From assembly GCA_017883205.1 (NCBI GenBank), contig JADGNZ010000033.1:3595-67594 (forward strand): a stretch of DNA of 64,000 bases. Reading direction: 5' to 3'. Below, piece by piece: positions 57,839-64,000 of this stretch. Origin of the DNA: Thermoanaerobaculia bacterium (lineage in GTDB: Bacteria; Acidobacteriota; Thermoanaerobaculia; Gp7-AA8). Within the stretch, counting starts at the first letter, position 1. Each line of letters opens with the position of its first letter. The translations under genes were made by a program, and so were the position numbers. A model generated the notes under the pieces. It worked only from the letters and a program-made list of their open reading frames with translations, searched no databases and was not told the DNA's origin.

Positions 57839-58269
57839 CGCGTGGCCGCCTGTACGCGGCGAACCAGCCCTGCCAGCATTTGTGGATGCACTGGCTTGAT
57901 GAGGTAGTCGTCGATCCCGTACTTCAGCTTCGCTTCGTTCTGATAGCGCGTGTGTTTGTAAATGGCCGTCATCAGGGCGATGCGCGGATGGTAGTCAGCG
58001 TCGATCCTGCGGATGAAGCGGGAGATCTCGAAGCCGTGCATCTCCGGCAGCAAGCCATCGACGAGGATGAGCTCCGGCCGGCAGTCGCCTGCGATCCGGA
58101 TCGCCTCGTACCCGCCGCTGGCCGTCAGCGCATCGATGTTCATGGCCCGGAATGCGTCAACCAGCGAAGTCCGCTGCTTCCGCTCGTCCTCGACAATGAG
58201 CACGGACGGCAGCCAATCATTCGCCGGGATGTAAGGAAGGTGATCAACTGCGATTTCCGCGACACTCAT
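57835..58269 (-). CDS. Single-domain response regulator
   Basis: VLIVEDE, PELILVDGLLPEMHG, LMTA, DDYLIKP. Confidence 0.87.
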   Translation of the reverse strand: MSVAEIAVDHLPYIPANDWLPSVLIVEDERKQRTSLVDAFRAMNIDALTASGGYEAIRIAGDCRPELILVDGLLPEMHGFEISRFIRRIDADYHPRIALMTAIYKHTRYQNEAKLKYGIDDYLIKPVHPQMLAGLVRRVQAATR

Positions 58270-58805
58270 GGTTTGGACCCCTCTCTCGCTCGAAGACTGG
58301 ACACCATCAGTCCAAGAGGGTTGCCACGGAGCTCGCTTCGGCTAAGTCATTGTGAACTTAGGAAGAAGCCCGATCGGCGGGCACAATCGTGCCGTGCGGA
58401 TTTCGGAGAAGTGTTCGGAAATGGGACGGAGGCCGTTGGGCTGGCGTCAGGGCGGCCGCGCGGCTGGAGCCTTCTCCAAAACGATGGGGAGTCGGTAGTC
58501 GGGGGTCGGAGCGCGGCATCATCCTATCGCCTGCTCCGACATGTTCGGCGGTCATTGAGCGATGAGTCACGGAGTCAGAGCTCTTTCGGATTGGAACCGG
58601 CTTCGGCAAGGTCGTTAAGTAACATTTGTGTTGATTGCAGCATGTTCACTGGAGATTGATAGAAGTTTCATAGACGAAAACTGAAGAAAGGCCGTACCGT
58701 GTACGAATCCATAACACGGTTGGTCGCAGAGGCTAAGTTGGCGCCGGTCCAGGTGCCAGAAGAGCAAGTCGTACAAATGGGCCACAGGCCCGTATCGGAG
58801 GAGTT

Positions 58806-61800
58806 ATGCGTTCATCCTTGCTGCCGACTCTCTCGTCTTTACCAGGGGTTTACCCATCGTTTGGCTCAGCGCCTTTCAAGAGCGAGAGACTCCAGCGTCG
58901 GCCCGCACGAGGTTCCGGACCTCTTGAAAACAGGACACGAGTAGCGCCATCGCTCTCGAACGGCCTCCGATCGTTCCTCATCGCTGTACTGAGTATTCCA
59001 CTGCTATTTCTTGCCTCTCCTGCCGTATGTGCGACCCGCAATGTCAGCAGCGCAGCTGGCTGCAGCGACACGACAGGAAACCCCTATTGCACGATCAACG
59101 CGGCCATCTTGGCTGCCTCGGCTGGCGACACTATTCAGATTGCCGCTGGCACCTACGCTGGAACGATTGCGAGCTTCTCAAAGCCCCTCACGTTCGTGGG
59201 CGCAGGTTCCGGTACGACCGGAACGGTCATCACGAAATCGGTAACGTACACCGGCATCGGGCCTCTCCAAGTCAACAACCTGCGCATCTCGGGCGGTGGT
59301 ACCAACTTCAAGGTCAGCGGTAGCGGAGCCTTCTCCGGGCTTACTCTTTCCGGCGCCGCATTCGTCGGAAACGGGGGCGGAGCGCATGGCGTCTACGTCA
59401 AGCAAAGCGGGACGGTTAGCAACGTCACGGTCACGAACTGCTCGTTCACCGGCCACGGCCAATCCGGAATGCTCATCGAGCCAGGGGCCGGTACGACCAC
59501 CGCTGTCGATCACGTCACGGTGACTGGGTCGACGTTTGATTCCAATGGCGAATACGGTCTGCGTATCGATCCTCCGACGACGAGCCTCCAAGTCTCCGGT
59601 TCGAACATCACCAACAACGCCATCGACGGCCTCCTGCTGCTGAACACGAACGGCGCGACACTTCAAAACCTCACCATCACCGGCAACCGAAACGGCATCC
59701 TGCTCATCCCGCTTACGAGCAGCCAGTCCATCTCCAACCTCACCCTCACAAACGTCAACGCCAGCAACAACACCCGCTTCATCAGCGGCCACTACGGTTC
59801 GGGCATGACACTGACCGGTGACACGGGAGCCATCTCTCATATCACCATCACGGGATCGACCTTTTCCGGCAACGGCATTCACGGCATCGACACGACCGGC
59901 GCCGTCTCACAAGTCTCGATCGATTGCTCAGTCATCGGACCGAATGTGCAGCAAGGCATTCGCGAGGCGTCCTCGCCCTCCGCTCCGCTTACCGCGAAGC
60001 ATGTCTACTGGGGCTGTACCACTGGACCCAACACGACCGGCTGTTCGACGGTCACCGGAAACGTGGCCTTCTTGCCGTTTCGCACTTCCGCCTCCGCGAC
60101 CTGCACGCCGAGTGTCGACCTCGGCGTGACAAAGACAGCCACCCCGAATCCGGTCCCCACCAGCGGAACCCTCACCTACACGATCACCGCGGTAAACAAT
60201 GGTCCTGATCCGGCCACCGGAGTCGTCACCACCGACACGCTGCCGGCCGGAGTCACGTTCGTCTCGGCATCCTCCGGCTGCTCTGCGAGCGGTTCGACCG
60301 TCACCTGCAGCATCGGCAATCTCCCGGTAGCCGGTCAGGTAGTTCTCACGACCACCGTCACCGCGCCAGCATCGCCCGGAGCCATTACAAACACGGTCAC
60401 GGTCGCCGGAAACGAAACGCCGGATCCGAACGCAGCGAACAATTCGAGCAGCGTCACGACGGCGGTGCAGAGCCCGGTCACGTTGTCGAGTGTTGCCGTA
60501 ACGCCCGCAAGCGCATCGCTAATTGCCGGCCAGACCGTGCAGCTAACGGCAACCGCAACCTACAGCGACAACTCCACTCAGAACGTCACTGCGCAAGCAG
60601 CATGGACGACCTCGTCGAGCGCGATCGCGACGGTGAACGGAACCGGTCTCGTCACCGGAAATGCCGAGGGTGTTGCCACCATCACAGCCACCTTCAGCAC
60701 GAAGAGCGGAAATGCGACCGCCACTGTTGCGTCAGCCGAGGCACTCCCGCCCGATCCCTCAACGGTCGCGCCACCAATCGACCAGACGAAGATCTCGAAC
60801 ATCCACGACACCACGAGCTTCCTCTACACCGGCGCAAATCCGATTCAGCGCGGCGTCTCCGCGGAGACCGTCGAGCGGCTTCGGGCTGCAGTTCTTCGCG
60901 GTGTGGTCCAAACGCGCGACGGTCAGCCCCTGCCAGGAGTCCGGGTGACGATCGCCGATCACCATGAATACGGCCACACCCTCACACGCGCGGACGGTTA
61001 CTTCGACCTGGCGGTCAACGGCGGCGGTCCGCTCACGGTGCATTACGAAAAGGCTGGCTACATCGCCGTCGAGCGGACTGTCGAGGTTCCCTGGAACCAG
61101 TTCCGGAACGTCGATGGTGTCGTGATGGTCGGCTACGATCTCGCGGCCAATTCGGTTGCCTTCGGCGCCATAGCAGCGCAGGTCGCTCGCGGCAGCCTCG
61201 TGACCGACGAGGAAGGCACCCGGCGTGCGACGCTCATCATTCCGCCCGGCACGACCGCGACCATGAACCTGGCCGGCGGCGGAACCCAGTCGCTCGCGAT
61301 CGGCACCATTCGCGCCACGGAATTCACGATCGGCTCGACTGGTCCGTCGGCCATGCCGGCAAGCCTTCCACCGCAGAGTGCCTATACATACTGCGTTGAA
61401 CTGAGCGCCGACGAAGCGGTCGCCGCCGGAGCCACGCGCGTCGATTTCAGCACCCCGCTCGCGTTCTACGTCGAGGATTTCCTCAACTTTCCGGCGGGCG
61501 AACAGGTCCCTGCCGGCTACTACGATCGCAATTGCCACAAATGGATCGCCTCACCCAATGGACGGATCGTCACGATCGTCGCCATCACCGCGGGGCGGGC
61601 TTACCTCGACGTGGACGGCGACGGACTGGCGGATGATTCCGATACGATCATCGGTACCACCGTTGCCGAGCGCGAGAAGCTTGCAACTCTTTATGGTGTG
61701 GGCCAGACGCTGTGGCGCATTGTGATTCCACACTTCAGTCCCTTTGATGGCAACTGGGGTTGGCGCCTGCCGGACGATGCGACGGAGCCCCCCAACGCGA

Positions 61801-64000
61801 CTCCGACGGTGGAGAAGCCAGCGTTCTGCAACCTGGACGAGAACGGTAGCATCATCGAGTGCGAAGCGCAGTCACTTGGCGAGTCTGTTTCAATCCAGGG
61901 CACTCCGTTCACGCTGAACTACAACAGCGTTCGCGTGCCGGGTCGCCGCACCGCTCGCAAAACCCACGTCATGCTTTCAGATTTCTCGATATCACCGTCC
62001 GCGAAGAGTATCCACCTGACCGTCGAGGTGGGCGGCACGGTCATCACCAGGACGCTTGCCGCCGACCCGAACCAGAGCCTCGACATCCAGTGGGACGGGA
62101 AGGATCCCTACGGCCGCGATTGGCAAGGAACAGCTCCGGTGAACGTTAAGGTTGGGTATGTCTACAATGGTGTGTACGTCGCTCCTCCAGTCTCTCAGAT
62201 CTTTGACGCCTTCGGCAACATCATCTGGAGGGACGGAACAGCGATCGGCCCTGGCAGCGTCCCGCGCAAGATCACCTTCTCACGTTCGTGGGAGGACGTT
62301 GGCAATCTCGGCACATGGAGTGCCTCTGGGAGTGGCTTTGGAGCCTGGACGCTGGATGTGCAACAAACCTACGACCATTCGGACAAGACCGAGTACGCGG
62401 GCGATGGCTCGCGTCGTGCGACGCCGCCCGGAACGCTCTTGATTCAAACACTTTCAACCGGAGGAGCGAGCTCCGCTAAGGCGCCCGTTCCATCGGCACG
62501 CGGGCTCGTCCACGCGACAACATCGTCGTTCATGAATGTGAGCGGATCGACCGTCGACCCTGCCGGGAACTTCTACTTCGGCGCGGATGGCGTGGTCTGG
62601 TTGAGGAGTCGAACTGGCGCGGTCACCGCCTTCGCGGGGAACGGGTCCGGCGTCTACAACGGCGATGCGATCGCTGCGCTGAGCGCCGGCATCACGCCAA
62701 CGGGCCTGGCCTTCGGCCCGGACGGCGCGCTCTATGTCGCCGATGAGCCAAACCGCCGCGTACGCCGCGTCAAAGACGGTCTGATTACGACCGTCGCCGG
62801 GAACGGCATGCCTGGACTCGGCGCAGACCAAGTCGATGCAGCAGCCAATTCGCCGGTCACGCCCCATTCCCTGGCCTTTGCGAATGACGGCACGCTGTAC
62901 GTCGCCGACCGTGAGAACAGCATCGTTCGCGAGGTGGATCTCTGCACGGGCAAAATGTGGTCGTTGGTGCCGCAGAGTCTGATTGCGGCCCAATCTCTCG
63001 GCAAGAGACTCAAAGCAACCGCAACGTCGTTTGGCGGAGGGCTGCAGCAACCCGCCTCTCTCGCCGTGGCCTCAAACGGCGAAATCTTCGTGGCCGGCAC
63101 CGGCAATGCGATCTCGCGTCTGACGCCGGACGGCCGCATCATCGAGGTCACTTCTCCAGGCAGCGTCTGCGTCGGGTACAGTTGCTTCCCGGAGGAAACA
63201 GGGTCGCTTCTGGCCGTCGGCCAGATACTCTATTTCACGAGCCCGTCCCGGCACATCGTGAGCGCGATCGTTGCCGGCGGTCCGAGCACGATCATCGCTG
63301 GCAAGAGTGGACAGCCCGGCAATGATGGGGACGGTGGCTTTGCTGCTACAGCCAACCTCAATGCTCCCCGCGGTCTGTCCGTTGGACCCGCTGGAGAGAT
63401 CTATATCAATGATTCGGGCAATCACGCGGTTCGCGTCATCTCGAACCCATTCCCAGGGATGGCCGACGGCGAGACGGCCGTGGCCGATGCAAGCGGAGAG
63501 CAATTCTCCGTATTCGATGCTGACGGCCGTCACCTGCGAACGATCGACTCGCTTTTGGGTACTGCGCGCCAGACGCTCGGTTACGACAGCAACGGCTACG
63601 TTTCGACGATCACTGATGTGGATGGAAACGTCACGCGCATCGAGAGGAGCGGGACGCTGGCGAGCGCGATCGTGGCGCCCGGAGGCCAGCGAACGGCCTT
63701 GACCTACACCCCGGGTGGATACCTCGCCTCGATCGCAGACGCCGCCGGCCAAACCCACTCGTTCCAATACGGTCCCACCGGCCTTCTGACCCAGATGACG
63801 GATCCGCGATCGAACGTACACACCTTCCAGTATGACGATGGCGGCAGGCTGCTGGCGGACTTCGATCCTGCCGGAGGCTCAAAGACCCTGACCCGCTCCG
63901 GAAGCGACACCCAGTATGAAGTTGACGTCACGACCGCCGAGGGACGGACATCGGCACACAGTGTTGATCAGTTCCCTGATGGTTCCGAGCTCAGGAGTTT
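58806..64000 (+). CDS. Giant secreted teneurin-like / RHS (YD-repeat) protein, 3' end outside window
   Basis: Absent from the ORF track (no stop in window). ATG 58806 behind RBS ggaggag; sampled translation gives a long N-region plus signal peptide, beta-helix (YCTINAAI...GDTIQIAAGTY), DUF11 (VDLGVTKT...NNGPDPA), Big_2, LPPDPSTVAP...FLYTGANPIQ...TRADGYFDLAVNGGG, NHL repeats, then YD repeats. Confidence 0.85.
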   Translation, partial: MRSSLLPTLSSLPGVYPSFGSAPFKSERLQRRPARGSGPLENRTRVAPSLSNGLRSFLIAVLSIPLLFLASPAVCATRNVSSAAGCSDTTGNPYCTINAAILAASAGDTIQIAAGTYAGTIASFSKPLTFVGAGSGTTGTVITKSVTYTGIGPLQVNNLRISGGGTNFKVSGSGAFSGLTLSGAAFVGNGGGAHGVYVKQSGTVSNVTVTNCSFTGHGQSGMLIEPGAGTTTAVDHVTVTGSTFDSNGEYGLRIDPPTTSLQVSGSNITNNAIDGLLLLNTNGATLQNLTITGNRNGILLIPLTSSQSISNLTLTNVNASNNTRFISGHYGSGMTLTGDTGAISHITITGSTFSGNGIHGIDTTGAVSQVSIDCSVIGPNVQQGIREASSPSAPLTAKHVYWGCTTGPNTTGCSTVTGNVAFLPFRTSASATCTPSVDLGVTKTATPNPVPTSGTLTYTITAVNNGPDPATGVVTTDTLPAGVTFVSASSGCSASGSTVTCSIGNLPVAGQVVLTTTVTAPASPGAITNTVTVAGNETPDPNAANNSSSVTTAVQSPVTLSSVAVTPASASLIAGQTVQLTATATYSDNSTQNVTAQAAWTTSSSAIATVNGTGLVTGNAEGVATITATFSTKSGNATATVASAEALPPDPSTVAPPIDQTKISNIHDTTSFLYTGANPIQRGVSAETVERLRAAVLRGVVQTRDGQPLPGVRVTIADHHEYGHTLTRADGYFDLAVNGGGPLTVHYEKAGYIAVERTVEVPWNQFRNVDGVVMVGYDLAANSVAFGAIAAQVARGSLVTDEEGTRRATLIIPPGTTATMNLAGGGTQSLAIGTIRATEFTIGSTGPSAMPASLPPQSAYTYCVELSADEAVAAGATRVDFSTPLAFYVEDFLNFPAGEQVPAGYYDRNCHKWIASPNGRIVTIVAITAGRAYLDVDGDGLADDSDTIIGTTVAEREKLATLYGVGQTLWRIVIPHFSPFDGNWGWRLPDDATEPPNATPTVEKPAFCNLDENGSIIECEAQSLGESVSIQGTPFTLNYNSVRVPGRRTARKTHVMLSDFSISPSAKSIHLTVEVGGTVITRTLAADPNQSLDIQWDGKDPYGRDWQGTAPVNVKVGYVYNGVYVAPPVSQIFDAFGNIIWRDGTAIGPGSVPRKITFSRSWEDVGNLGTWSASGSGFGAWTLDVQQTYDHSDKTEYAGDGSRRATPPGTLLIQTLSTGGASSAKAPVPSARGLVHATTSSFMNVSGSTVDPAGNFYFGADGVVWLRSRTGAVTAFAGNGSGVYNGDAIAALSAGITPTGLAFGPDGALYVADEPNRRVRRVKDGLITTVAGNGMPGLGADQVDAAANSPVTPHSLAFANDGTLYVADRENSIVREVDLCTGKMWSLVPQSLIAAQSLGKRLKATATSFGGGLQQPASLAVASNGEIFVAGTGNAISRLTPDGRIIEVTSPGSVCVGYSCFPEETGSLLAVGQILYFTSPSRHIVSAIVAGGPSTIIAGKSGQPGNDGDGGFAATANLNAPRGLSVGPAGEIYINDSGNHAVRVISNPFPGMADGETAVADASGEQFSVFDADGRHLRTIDSLLGTARQTLGYDSNGYVSTITDVDGNVTRIERSGTLASAIVAPGGQRTALTYTPGGYLASIADAAGQTHSFQYGPTGLLTQMTDPRSNVHTFQYDDGGRLLADFDPAGGSKTLTRSGSDTQYEVDVTTAEGRTSAHSVDQFPDGSELRS

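Noticed and set aside
58370-58400. ggcacaatcgtgcc as a sigma54 promoter
   Set aside because: Spacing and sequence do not fit TGGCAC-N5-TTGC on either strand; only a short dyad.

Overview
GC-rich bacterial chromosomal window. Gene content (GWxTD+VWA protein, DUF4388 proteins, HYR/Kelch exoproteins with basic C-terminal tails) suggests Acidobacteriota, probably Thermoanaerobaculia (inference). It holds housekeeping genes (iscS-like, lgt, aroC, rmuC), a trpGDCFBA operon lacking trpE followed by chorismate mutase and aroF, a ribokinase, a Vsr/C5-methylase/NaeI-like restriction-modification cassette, many secreted proteins, a MacA-like adaptor with two MacB-like permeases, a sugar-phosphate-utilisation (SPU-type) microcompartment locus with an RpiB-DeoC fusion, three stand-alone receiver proteins and the 5' part of a giant teneurin-like YD-repeat gene. 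Strongest candidate for an undescribed system: two homologous, outward-facing cassettes (about 17.85-19.33 kb on -, about 27.9-29.12 kb on +), each built as [tandem array of about 21-bp palindromic units]-[sigma70-like promoter]-[260-350 nt structured leader with shared motifs]-[about 175-aa basic-tailed helical protein]-[same GC-rich hairpin]. Other notable items: an unannotated Tyr/Phe-rich leader peptide with attenuator before chorismate mutase/aroF, a shared C-terminal RRR-A-x-H-like tail on five exoproteins, a 50-bp copy of permease coding sequence with only synonymous changes lying in an intergenic repeat loop 10 kb away, and several families of palindromic intergenic repeats. All product calls come from motif recognition by eye; no database search was run.
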